A DNA stretch of 63,950 nucleotides, the filler included, from Octopus bimaculoides (lineage: Eukaryota): the NCBI RefSeq assembly GCF_001194135.2. It is 4 parts of 4 records of this genome, joined end to end, with 100 filler letters (N's around TTAATTAATTAA, not from the genome) between each part and the next. Parts side by side here need not be neighbours in the genome. Positions count along the whole stretch, not along the records: positions 1 to 27,232 come from NC_068994.1; positions 27,333 to 53,688 come from NC_068989.1; 2 more parts are not named here. One strand, written 5' to 3'. Numbering within the stretch: the first letter of the stretch is position 1; the number at the start of each line of letters is the position of its first letter. Position numbers and translations under genes: made by a program. Below, in pieces: positions 25,780 to 37,480 of this stretch. The notes beneath the pieces were generated by a model, which was given only the letters and a program-made list of their open reading frames with translations, made no database searches and was not told the origin of the DNA.

Positions 25780-26062
25780 GTGAAGGCTCGGTGGTTGGAG
25801 TGTCGGGCTCACAATCATAAAGTAGTGAGTTCGATTCCTGGACTGGGCTGTGTGTTATGGACTTGAGCAAGACACTTCATTTCCCGTTGCTCCAGTTCTC
25901 TCAGCTGTAGAAATGAGTTGCGAGGTCACTGGTGCCATACTGTATTGGTATTTGCCTTTTCCTTTGGATAATATTGGTGGCGTGCCCGGACTTGTACCTC
26001 GGAGGAGAACTTTCTAGGTGCAATCCCATGGTCCTTCGTGACCGAAGGGGGTCTTTACTCTT
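25779..26062 (+). mobile_element. tRNA-headed CORE-like SINE family C
   Basis: A-box-like GGTGGTTGG, B-box GAGTTCGATTCC and CORE-like TTGAGCAAGACACTT. Homologous to 26380-26465 and 29003-29163. Confidence 0.8.
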
Positions 26063-26379
26063 TTACACACACACACACACACACATTCATACATGCATAC
26101 ATACACACACACAAACAACAACAGTAATAACTAAGTTGTCGATTGAGCGGTATGTAAAGTAAAAACAATAAATATTTGCCATCTCTACCTTAAAAAGATG
26201 AAATACTATTTTGAATGTTTCATTTATAATTTTTAAAACTTTACTTCTTCAAAACAGAGATTTACTTATTAGTTTAGCTCTCCAAATAGTTTCGCCTTTC
26301 ACACCAGGAAGCACTTTTAAGATTATAAAATCGTTACAGTAGCACATATTGGTTGTAAAAGGCGCATAGCATAGTGGTT

Positions 26380-26465
26380 AGGGTGTTTTTGACCACGAAG
26401 TGGGTTGTATCCTTGGACAAGAGACTTCATTTCACGTTGCTCCACTCCACTCAGTTGTAAGTGAT
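26380..26465 (+). mobile_element. SINE family C fragment
   Basis: GGCGCATAGCATAGTGGTTAGG...CCTTGGACAAGAGACTTCATTTCACGTTGCTCC. Confidence 0.7.
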
Positions 26466-26619
26466 TACCATCCGGTTGAGGGTGCCGCTGTATCTTAGCT
26501 TAAGTGCCGCCAAGTGAAAGGTGTTTATGTCAGTTTGTGACTGAAACTATTGCCAAGCTACATTCACCCACGAATGAATGCTAGATGTAAACTTCGTTGT
26601 TGAGTGGTACTTTATATTA

Positions 26620-26823
26620 GTTTCAAATTTTGGCACAAGGCCAGCAAGTTCGGTGGAGTGGGTAAATCGATTACATCGACTCCAGTGATCAGCTACAACT
26701 CATTTTATCGACTCGAAAAGACGAAAGGCAAAGCGTGCCTCGGCAGAATTTGAACTCAGAACGTAAAGACTGACAAAATGCCACTAAGCATTTTGCCCGA
26801 CGTTTCTGTCAGCTTGCTGCCTT
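26620..26823 (-). mobile_element. SINE family A, full length, nested in an older family A copy
   Basis: Perfect 17-bp TSD AGTGGTACTTTATATTA at 26603-26619 and 26824-26840. The older copy continues to about 26945. Confidence 0.85.
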
Positions 26824-27232
26824 AGTGGTACTTTATATTATTGATCATCCTTGAGGGTTGAAAGGCAAGGTTGACCTCGGCAAGATTTAAATTCAGGATG
26901 TAAATAGCCATAACTAAACACCGCGAGGCATTTTGCCCGACGATTTGACGATGCTACCCATTGTTGTACTGTAACTCAATGTTTCTACAGAATGAGTCCA
27001 ATTTTGCTTTTAGTGAATTTTTTACTCTCTAGAAAATGGTAATAATTCATTAACGATTTCAAAACTCCTCAAGAATAGGTAATAAAAAATTTTCAATGAT
27101 TTTTTTGGAACAGATTAAATGCGGGCAATTGAATTATCTGACAAAAGTCTTTTCGCATTTAGAAGTTGTGTTCATTAGCAAAATCGATATAAGAGCTATT
27201 GGAATATTTTCTAATATAGTTTATAAGATTAA

Positions 27233-27332
27233 NNNNNNNNNNNNNNNNNNNNNNNNNNNNNNNNNNNNNNNNNNNNTTAATTAATTAANNNNNNNNNNNN
27301 NNNNNNNNNNNNNNNNNNNNNNNNNNNNNNNN
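27233..27332. other. artificial 100-nt scaffold joiner (44 N + TTAATTAATTAA + 44 N)
   Basis: The identical construct occurs at 53689-53788 and 61725-61824. TTAATTAATTAA has stops in all six frames. Confidence 0.9.
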
Positions 27333-27398
<66 letters not shown>

Positions 27399-27961
27399 AT
27401 ATAAGGATATAATCTTTATAAGAATTTATCAAGTAGTCAGCGTGAAAAAACCTCATAAGGAAAGAAAACTCATCGTTTTTTTCCATAAATATATATAATA
27501 TAATTTATATAAGGGCATTACTATACAGTAATGCCTCACGCTTAACATACACATATATATTGTCTGTGTGTTGTATGTGTTATAAGGTAGTTAATGAATA
27601 ATAAAGACCATTTGTATTGCACTAAACTGAGAATAATTATTCATTCTATTTATTTAACTACGAATATTATATCTTCATTTTTAAAGTAGCTGAATGAATA
27701 ATAGCTATTGAGAATTAACGAATAAAAGAACATTAAGTGACTGCTGATATATAATACCACAATTATTTACAATTAGCGAGGACTGATTGAGTTAAGGAAA
27801 TAAGAGTGGCTTTTCGTCAGATTTATCAACGTAACTCCGCGTGGTGTCTTCAGCCATAATTAATATCTGAAGATAGAATAATTGAAACGACATCACATAA
27901 AAAAAAACCCATAGCCTCAGGTAGAATCTTATAACTCTCTTTTTAGTTAGAAATAGAACTT

Positions 27962-27992
<31 letters not shown>

Positions 27993-28399
27993 NNNNNNNN
28001 NNNNNNNNNNNNNNNNNNNNNNNNNNNNNNNNNNNNNNNNNNNNNNNNNNNNNNNNNNNNNNNNNNNNNNNNNNNNNNNNNNNNNNNNNNNNNNNNNNNN
28101 NNNNNNNNNNNNNNNNNNNNNNNNNNNNNNNNNNNNNNNNNNNNNNNNNNNNNNNNNNNNNNNNNNNNNNNNNNNNNNNNNNNNNNNNNNNNNNNNNNNN
28201 NNNNNNNNNNNNNNNNNNNNNNNNNNNNNNNNNNNNNNNNNNNNNNNNNNNNNNNNNNNNNNNNNNNNNNNNNNNNNNNNNNNNNNNNNNNNNNNNNNNN
28301 NNNNNNNNNNNNNNNNNNNNNNNNNNNNNNNNNNNNNNNNNNNNNNNNNNNNNNNNNNNNNNNNNNNNNNNNNNNNNNNNNNNNTAGAAATATTAATAA

Positions 28400-28830
28400 C
28401 TCTATTTCTGAAAACCAGTGGATAGATTCCACTGAAATTAGATAAATAACTTTCGAACAGACAGTCAGCAGCGCCGCCTGGCTAGGGCTTGGCTGCTCTG
28501 CATTGACAAGGGGCAACACCCTGAAACTAGTCTGCAGATGCCAAACCAGCAGGGGGACACTGCTGACCTCCCCTGTTCGAAGGTTATAAAGGACACAGGT
28601 TTCGTGTGTCACATAGCTAGCTAGAGGCGATGGCTTCTTGGAGCTAATTCACGGCAGCTTTCGTGCACTACCACGTAGAAGTGTGTATGAGCGGATCGAA
28701 AAGTTTAAAAGTGGCCGGATAAGCGTGACGCAGGAAGAGGGCACAGGGCGCCCAACAACCTCCACCACTGAAGAGAAGATTCACTTAGCTCGAGAGATGG
28801 TAATGGTGAACCGGTTCACCATTACCATCT
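28400..28830 (+). mobile_element. mariner-family fragment (5' region and transposase HTH)
   Basis: LPRRSVYERIEKFKSGRISVTQEEGTGRPTTSTTEEKI matches the mariner N-terminal HTH/GRP motif. The 5' boundary is uncertain. Confidence 0.7.
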
Positions 28831-29002
28831 CTCGGATCACTGCTCTTTGTTCTTTGGTGCACATTGCTAGTGAAGCGGCCATGCTTACACAGTAAAGCCA
28901 AAAAGAAAAATGGCGCGATCAGGCTCAAACTTTGATTATGTGACCACAATAGTACCAACTATAAGCATGCATGCGCAGAGGGCAGTGTGACAATAACAAA
29001 AA

Positions 29003-29163
29003 TATGGGCTGTATTGTGTCCTTGAGCAAGACACTTTATTTCACGTTGCTCCAGGTCACTCAGCTGAAGAAATGAGTTGCAATGTCACTGGTACCAAGCT
29101 GTATCCACCTTGGATAGCATCGGTAGCGTGGAGAGGGGAGGCTGGTATGCATGGGCAACTACC
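29003..29163 (+). mobile_element. SINE family C fragment
   Basis: GTGTCCTTGAGCAAGACACTTTATTTCACGTTGCTCCAG...CAGCTG. Confidence 0.75.
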
Positions 29164-29164
29164 A

Positions 29165-29271
29165 TTCATTCTTGCGGGATCGATAAAATAAGTACCAGTT
29201 TAGCACTTGGATCGATGTAATCGATTACCCACCTCACCAAAATTTCAGGCCTTGTGCCTATAGTAGAAAGA
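29165..29271 (+). mobile_element. SINE family A, 3' half
   Basis: GATAAAATAAGTACCAG...AATTTCAGGCCTTGTGCCTATAGTAGAAAG. Confidence 0.8.
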
Positions 29272-31202
29272 ATATGTATGTGTGTATGTACGTATGTATG
29301 TATATATATATATATATATATATGTCTGCATGTATGTGTGTATACATGTATGTAAGCAAGCAGGTTTCTTCGCAGCAATTTCAATTTTAGGAAATTTGGA
29401 AAGAACTAGAACAATATATTGAATTATGTTAACGCACATTATTTATAGGAGAGAAACAGACATCGTCGCTACAGTGACTAACGAGAACGACGGTCGCGTT
29501 TCGCCTTTATACAGGTTTGGCAATGCTATGCACACGACTCTTACCTGCTTAAACAAAATTCGTGCCTCGTTGTATAGGAAACAGTGAAGAAAATTTTCAC
29601 TGATATTGCTCGAGCTTGCAGGACTGAAATAAAATTCAACATACGCAATTGAGATAGCATTAAATTGAAATCCACATCTATGTATCGTACCAACTGTATA
29701 CACACTGTCAAGCATGATGCTCTAGAATTTTTATACATGTTGTTTTATTTTTAATCCTCATCACATATTTTATAGGCCTTCTTTGTTTGAAACCCCAAGC
29801 TTAATCTTGCCACCTAAACGTTAATCAATTAATAAACTCCGTAATCTATGGATTAGTAAGGTGTCATTTCACCAGATAAAATCTCCAAATCATTTACGTG
29901 GGTATTCAATTAAGAAACCGAAGATTTTGACCTTTCTCTTGCATTCATCTTCATTGTATCTTTTACTAACATATTTTGCTATAAATTGAATATTCTGGCA
30001 AATCAAGTTAGGCTCATCGAAAGAGCCTTTCATACACCGCAAGCTCAGCAATAATTTTAGATTACATTTCAAGATTATAACCTCATAACAGCTTTGAAAT
30101 TAACTATTTCTATCTATGTACAAAGAACTAAATACTTGACATTCTCTTTATGTATAAGACAAATATAAAGAATATTTCATTATAACCTTTGAAAGTAAAC
30201 AAAACACTGAAACTTATTGATAACTTATGTTCACAAGGCAAAATTGTAAAATATATTATGAAGAAATGAATTGTTTTTACGTGCATTTTTATGTGTACGT
30301 GTGCCGGAATCAGTGCAAGTGTGCATATGTACATTATGCATGTGTGTGTGTTACTATACATATTTGATTGTGTGTGGAAACACAAACATATATATATATA
30401 TATATATATANNNNNNNNNNNNNNNNNNNNNNNNNNNNNNNNNNNNNNNNNNNNNNNNNNNNNNNNNNNNNNNNNNNNNNNNNNNNNNNNNNNNNNNNNN
30501 NNNNNNNNNNNNNNNNNNNNNNNNNNNNNNNNNNNNNNNNNNNNNNNNNNNNNNNNNNNNNNNNNNNNNNNNNNNNNNNNNNNNNNNNNNNNNNNNNNNN
30601 NNNNNNNNNNNNNNNNNNNNNNNNNNNNNNNNNNNNNNNNNNNNNNNNNNNNNNNNNNNNNNNNNNNNNNNNNNNNNNNNNNNNNNNNNNNNNNNNNNNN
30701 NNNNNNNNNNNNNNNNNNNNNNNNNNNNNNNNNNNNNNNNNNNNNNNNNNNNNNNNNNNNNNNNNNNNNNNNNNNNNNNNNNNNNNNNNNNNNNNNNNNN
30801 NNNNNNNNNNNNNNNNNNNNNNNNNNNNNNNNNNNNNNNNNNNNNNNNNNNNNNNNNNNNNNNNNNNNNNNNNNNNNNNNNNNNNNNNNNNNNNNNNNNN
30901 NNNNNNNNNNNNNNNNNNNNNNNNNNNNNNNNNNNNNNNNNNNNNNNNNNNNNNNNNNNNNNNNNNNNNNNNNNNNNNNNNNNNNNNNNNNNNNNNNNNN
31001 NNNNNNNNNNNNNNNNNNNNNGATATACATGCAGCATGAGAACAGCAAGATAATTACATTTTTATGACTAAAGTAATAATTACTTGCATTTCTCAAAACA
31101 AATACTTTTGAAATACAAATATATTTAGAATTACAAATAATTGTCAATATATAACCAGGACTTTTAGGATCAGTCATTACATTGTTTACTATATCTTTTA
31201 AA

Positions 31203-33237
31203 ATGGTAACATCATTTCAGTTGCTTGTGCATTCTCTTATAATCTTCTCAAATGATGTATCACTTGCACAATTCTTCAACAACTGTAGCCCAGCTTTGTG
31301 TTCTGATCCTGCCACACATGGCATAACTGAACGTTGTTCGTGTCGCCCGGACTGCTACATCTACAATGAATGTTGTTCTGACATGGATCAGAACACCACT
31401 TCTGATCACAAAAAACACTTTCCATCGATATATTATAGTTGCAGAAAGGCTAATGGTTCCTATTATTATCAGTTTGATTGTTGTCCACTTAATCATGATG
31501 TTACAGAATATGTAAACAGCTGTGAAAATCCTGACTCCGATGACCAACTACAAAATATACCTGCTTTTGGTAAAACAAGTAAAAGACTCTATAGGAACCT
31601 ATATTGCGCTCTCTGTCATGGAGAGGAATTCATTCTTTGGAATATTGTGTATAAGTGTAATTTAAGCTCTAATGTAAGCCTTGAAAATTTATCAAATTAT
31701 GTTAATAATAGATGTATGCGAATTGTAAAGGCTCCGGCGAAGAAATTTAAACATTATTTGCATTCTTGTATCCCATATTTTTCGAGTTGTCCTCAAGATT
31801 ACAATAATACCGAAGAAAGAATGGCATGTGAGACTGAGCCAATGGCATTAATATATGTAGATAAGAAATATATATCATATAATAAGAAATATGTATATAA
31901 TAAGTTTTACAAAAATAGAGACTGTGCCACGTGTAACGGGATTTCTGAAGTCCAATGTAGAGTATTGTATATAAGAAAGACTAAAACACCTATATTTAAC
32001 TCACTAACAATCTTTTTCAATTATCATACCAATTTTTTAGAGATAAGAGATGCATTAACTGTAACTGTTCTACAGTTGCCATCCTGTTCAAAACAGGCTG
32101 TCTACGATATGAATACCAATCAGTGTCGACAAGTTATCTACCATCCTCCACTAAACTGTACATCAACAAGATTAAATGAATCTGAGTATTACATCACTAA
32201 TGATGGTCGTCTCTACTTAAATAATACCCAACGTTTGCTGAACCAATCAGAATTCATTCGTGATTCTCAAGGTATAATAAGTATCTGTGTAAACAATGGT
32301 ACCAATAATATATCAAGTATCAATGGTATATCAAAATATTCCGTAGCTGAGAGCTATATCACATTAGTGGGACTAGTGATCTCTATTCCAGCTCTAGCAA
32401 GCACTATTATTGTCTATCTCTGTATACCTGATCTCCGTACATTACCAGGTAAATTACTCATTAGTCTTTCATCAGCACTGTTTGTAGCTGAGCTTCTCTT
32501 TCTTATCTCATCACAAGTCACTAAATCTACAGTGCTGTGTAAATAAATCTTTAGCTGTGATGTTGCATTATTTCTTTCTAGCGACTTTCTTCTGGATGAA
32601 TGTCATGTCATTTGATGCCTTGCACACTTTCTCAGGACTTACACAACTTCGCAGTACAGGAAAGTATACCAAGAGATTTGTATTGTATTCTTTATACGCT
32701 TGGATCTGTCCACTTGTAATAGTAACTATTTCACTGATATTCGAGTACACACCTGGAAATCACGGACTTTCTCCGGAATACGAAAATGTTATTTGCTGGA
32801 TTACAAATGAAAAAAGTTTGCTATGGTTTTTTGCAATCCCCGTAATGATTATTTTATGTTTTAATATCATAGCTTTTACCCTCACTGCTAGAGGGCTCTA
32901 TTTGGCAAGTAAACTTTCTTCGAAATATTTATCAAAACACAACAAACCGGACTTCATCATTTGCGTAAAATTATTCTTTATCATGGGACTAACATGGATA
33001 TTCGCATTTCTGTATACGTTTACAACAATTGAAGAATTTTCTCTATTATTTTGTATTTTAAACTCATTCGTTGGATTATTTATTTGTGTATCATTTCTAT
33101 CAACAAAGTCTGTCCGTCGCAATATCCTCCAGAATTTAAAAATATTTACAAAATTGCCGGCAAAAGAATCTGTTGATTTGACTTCTGCTCATAAAACAAC
33201 TTCAATAGATATACGTACAAATAGATCTGTTAATTAA
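31203..33237 (+). pseudogene. SMB-like/Methuselah-like family-B GPCR paralog, frameshifted by an AAAT duplication at 32541-32548
   Basis: Co-linear with 51481-53478 from the first ATG (31203) to the stop. Removing one AAAT restores LCKSLAVMLHYFFL and one continuous ORF. No other lesion seen. Confidence 0.85.
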
Positions 33238-33278
33238 CTCCGCAGTTTTGCCGTTACGCAAAACTTGTATGAATTTAA

Positions 33279-33580
33279 TCTGGATGAATGTCATGTCATT
33301 TGATGCCTAGTACACTTTCTCAGAACTTAGACAACATTGAAGTAAAGTAAAAGGTACCAAGAGACTTTTTTTGCATTGCTTATGTGCTTGGGTCTGTCCA
33401 CTTGTAATAGTAACAGCTTCACTGATACTACTATCTCCAGAATATGAAAATGCTATTTGCTGGATTACAAATGGAAAAAGTCTGCTGTTGTTGTTTGCAA
33501 TCCCTGTAATGATTATTTTATGTTTTAATATCATCGCATTTATCCTCATCGCTAGAGGTCTGCATATAGCCAGTAAGCTA
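33279..33580 (+). pseudogene. degenerate TM3-TM5 fragment of a third paralog
   Basis: WMNVMSFDA* (TGG>TAG), further stops, an 8-codon deletion in ECL2, then CWITNGKSLL...FAIPVMIILCFNIIAF. Confidence 0.85.
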
Positions 33581-34296
33581 CAAGGAATTTATTTTTCTTT
33601 GAAAGCTTATCTGATACAAAAGAAATTAAACGACACAATCTAGCTATCCAAGTTGTAATTACAACTATTTACGCAACATTTTTAACTTAAAATATTTAAA
33701 AGATATCTTCTACACATTCCTTTAAAAACCACCTAATAGTACCTTTCTTGACGTTTTAAATACTTTTATCACATTTTTATTATAAAGAATGGAGTCTAAA
33801 ACAACTCTGCCATTCATTTTGTATAAATACAATTCTAATTTTCCGTGTCTTACTTCAGATGTCTATATACGCATAAAGATAGAATTTAAAAAATCTGAAA
33901 ATCTTTCGTGCTTCATTATTCTTTATATAATTGAATGCAACTTTGTAAAACATGCCCTGTTCCGACAAAATGCTATTAAGATTGTATGAAGGATGTTATA
34001 CAGCGTTTGGAGTAAATAACCTATTCAAATTACACAAAATACTACAATTTAATGTGTCAACTGTACAAAAACATGTCTGACTCACATTTTGGCTCAGAAA
34101 CGTGTGTTTTATTCAGGAATATAACAGTTATTTTTGTTCATTTTTCCTGATCACCTTCGATATCTTTTAATTATGATATCCATATCACCTTTCCGGTGGT
34201 ATCATCACTTATTGAAGGCCCACTGCTGTTCGTCATTTGGCTGTAATCCTTATTAGTCTACATCTCTCTCTAACTCTTTCCCGCCTCTTATCTCTA

Positions 34297-34353
<57 letters not shown>

Positions 34354-34701
34354 ATCTATCTATCTATCTATCCATCCATCTCTATCTATCTATCTATACA
34401 TCTATCTATCTGCAGTCTTCTTTTTTCCATCTCTTTCTCCCTATCCCTCACTAACTATCCCTCTGTATGGTCAGACGACTTAAAGAAATATCCTTGACCA
34501 AACTAGCAATTGGTAAGCTTCACAATCTATAGAATCTCTCTTTTCACTAACTCTCTATGTGTGTGTATGTGCGTGTGTGCGTGTGTGTGCGCGTGTGTGT
34601 ACGTATGTACGTATGTATATATGAATATACATATGTGCATGTGCTTGTACATACACACACGCACGTACACTCACACATACACTCACACATACGCACATAC
34701 A

Positions 34702-34740
<39 letters not shown>

Positions 34741-34741
<1 letters not shown>

Positions 34742-37480
34742 AGAATTCACGAAAAAACAACAGACGAAGACAGGTGGTGTAAAAACAAATGGATGTATTA
34801 GTATAACGCTCGGGAATAGAGAAAGTCTTTAACGTTTCGAGCCTACGCTCTTCAACAGAAAGGAACACAGAAAGAAACAAGGAGAGAAACAAGGAGAGAA
34901 AAAATATATGTGTAGTGCTCTGCGATCTATCATGGCGAATGCCGGACAGAAGGATCACACAGGAGAGTTAAGAAGAAGGGAGATAACAAAGAAGTAGTGA
35001 TCTCAAAACGAAGGTGCGTGTGTGTGAGAGAATGCTGGTGATCTTAACGTATGCATGTGTGTATGTAGGTGTGAAGGTGTGAAAATGTGGGTATGTGAAT
35101 TGGTCAGTGCTGGTGTGTGCGTGGTGGTGTGTTGTGAAGTGATGTGATGTGTGATATGGTGTAGCGTGGTGTGATGTGAGGATGTTGGGAGGTGGAGGAA
35201 GCGAGAGTGGGGGTTAGGCTACGGGTGGGGTGTGGGTTAGGCTACGGGTGGGGGTAGAGGTAGGNNNNNNNNNNNNNNNNNNNNNNNNNNNNNNNNNNNN
35301 NNNNNNNNNNNNNNNNNNNNNNNNNNNNNNNNNNNNNNNNNNNNNNNNNNNNNNNNNNNNNNNNNNNNNNNNNNNNNNNNNNNNNNNNNNNNNNNNNNNN
35401 NNNNNNNNNNNNNNNNNNNNNNNNNNNNNNNNNNNNNNNNNNNNNNNNNNNNNNNNNNNNNNNNNNNNNNNNNNNNNNNNNNNNNNNNNNNNNNNNNNNN
35501 NNNNNNNNNNNNNNNNNNNNNNNNNNNNNNNNNNNNNNNNNNNNNNNNNNNNNNNNNNNNNNNNNNNNNNNNNNNNNNNNNNNNNNNNNNNNNNNNNNNN
35601 NNNNNNNNNNNNNNNNNNNNNNNNNNNNNNNNNNNNNNNNNNNNNNNNNNNNNNNNNNNNNNNNNNNNNNNNNNNNNNNNNNNNNNNNNNNNNNNNNNNN
35701 NNNNNNNNNNNNNNNNNNNNNNNNNNNNNNNNNNNNNNNNNNNNNNNNNNNNNNNNNNNNNNNNNNNNNNNNNNNNNNNNNNNNNNNNNNNNNNNNNNNN
35801 NNNNNNNNNNNNNNNNNNNNNNNNNNNNNNNNNNNNNNNNNNNNNNNNNNNNNNNNNNNNNNNNNNNNNNNNNNNNNNNNNNNNNNNNNNNNNNNNNNNN
35901 NNNNNNNNNNNNNNNNNNNNNNNNNNNNNNNNNNNNNNNNNNNNNNNNNNNNNNNNNNNNNNNNNNNNNNNNNNNNNNNNNNNNNNNNNNNNNNNNNNNN
36001 NNNNNNNNNNNNNNNNNNNNNNNNNNNNNNNNNNNNNNNNCCGCGAATCGGTCGGCCAGGCGGTGCCCCGTTTGTCCGATGTACAGAGAATGGCAGAGAG
36101 AGCAGGAGATGCAATAGATGATGTTGGTAGAAGTGCAGGTGAAGGAGTCGGTGATGCGATAGGGTCGAGGATGGGTGCCGGTGAGTAGGGTGGTGTTGGA
36201 GAGGTAAGGGCAAGTGCGGCAGCGTGGGCGGTAGCAAGGGAACGAGCCAGGTTGGGAGGTTGGGCTGGGGAAGAAGCTGTGGACCAAGAGGTCTCATAGA
36301 TTGTGGACTCGTTTGAAGGATGAGAAGGGTCGGTCAGAGAAGATGTGTGAGGTGGAGGGGTCGGACTGGAGGCGCCGGAAAGCTCGGAGAATGGTGCGTT
36401 GAAGAGGTAGGGTATTGGGATGGTAGGTGAGGGGAAAAGGGAGGCGGGAGACGGCAGGGTAGGTTCGGGTGGAGAGAGCAGATGCACGGTCCACAGAACG
36501 TGCTCTGGGAAGGGCGGTGTAGATGGTAGTGAAGGGATATCCCCGTAGGATGAAGTGGCGAGCCATGAGTTGAGACTGAGTCTCAAAGTCATGGTTGTCA
36601 CTACAGAGCCTGTGTAGACGGAGGAATTGGGAANNNNNNNNNNGTTGTCACTACAGAGCCTGTGTAGACGGAGGAATTGGGAATAGGGGATGGAAAGCTT
36701 GGTGTGTTTAGGGTGGGAGGAGGAGAAGTTGAGATAAGAGTGTAGTCTGTGTGTTTGTAGTGGATGGAGGTGGTAAGAGTGCAGGGATGAATGCTGACCG
36801 AAATGTCAAGAAAGGGGACAGAGATGTCAGAGATAGTGCAGGAGAAGTGGAGGGCAGGATGGAAGGATTTGACAAAAGAGAGGAACGAGTCAAGATATTC
36901 GTGGGAGAGTGAGATGGCACCGATACTGTCATCATATAGTTCGAGAGTAGGACCAGTGAAACTTGAGAATATTTGTGCCTCAACATAACCAACGAACAGG
37001 TTCGCATAGTTGGGGCCCATTCTCGTTCCCATGGCCATTCCCGAGATTTACTGGTAGAAATCACCCGCGAACGAGAAGCAGTTGAGTGAAAGGACAAGTT
37101 CGGCCAGACGAACGAGTGTGGAGGTGTCGGGTTGTGGGTTGGGTCCTACGTCAAGGAAATGTTTAAGTACACGCAGCCCCTCGTCGTGAGGGATCACTGT
37201 GTAGAGGTTCTGAATGTCGAGGGTGAAAAGAAGCTTAGAAGAGCCAGGAGGGAAGGAGAAAGAGTTGAACAAACGAAGCGCGTGGTTGGTATCATGGATG
37301 TGAGAAGGAAGAGAAGCGGTAGAAGGAGGTGTCTTGAAGTTGGCGGAGAGCTTCGGCCTTGTAGAGGTTCGCGCGCCATACCACCATGGCTCCACCCCTA
37401 TCGGCCGGTTTTATAATGATGTCAGTGCGGCGTCGGAGGGATCGAAGGGCTGTGAGGTCGGCTGGGGAGATGTTGAGTCT
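34741..37480 (-). mobile_element. Penelope-like element 2 (RT, GIY-YIG endonuclease, 3' terminal region), 5'-truncated, partly gapped
   Basis: ADRGGAMVVW, LFTLDIQNLYTVIPH, GMAMGTRMGPNYANLF, PFLD, IIYCISCSLCHSLYIGQTG. Confidence 0.9.
34827..34862 (-). ncRNA. minimal type I hammerhead motif in the PLE-2 terminus, core variant CUGUUGA
   Basis: CTTT-CTGTTGA-A-GAGC(GTAG)GCTC-GAAAC-GT-T-AAAG. Stem I CTTT/AAAG, perfect stem II, palindromic AACGTT stem III. Confidence 0.6.

Noticed and set aside
36594-36683. 40-bp direct repeat around a 10-N gap in the PLE-2 RT
   Set aside because: Same overlap artefact, not a real duplication.
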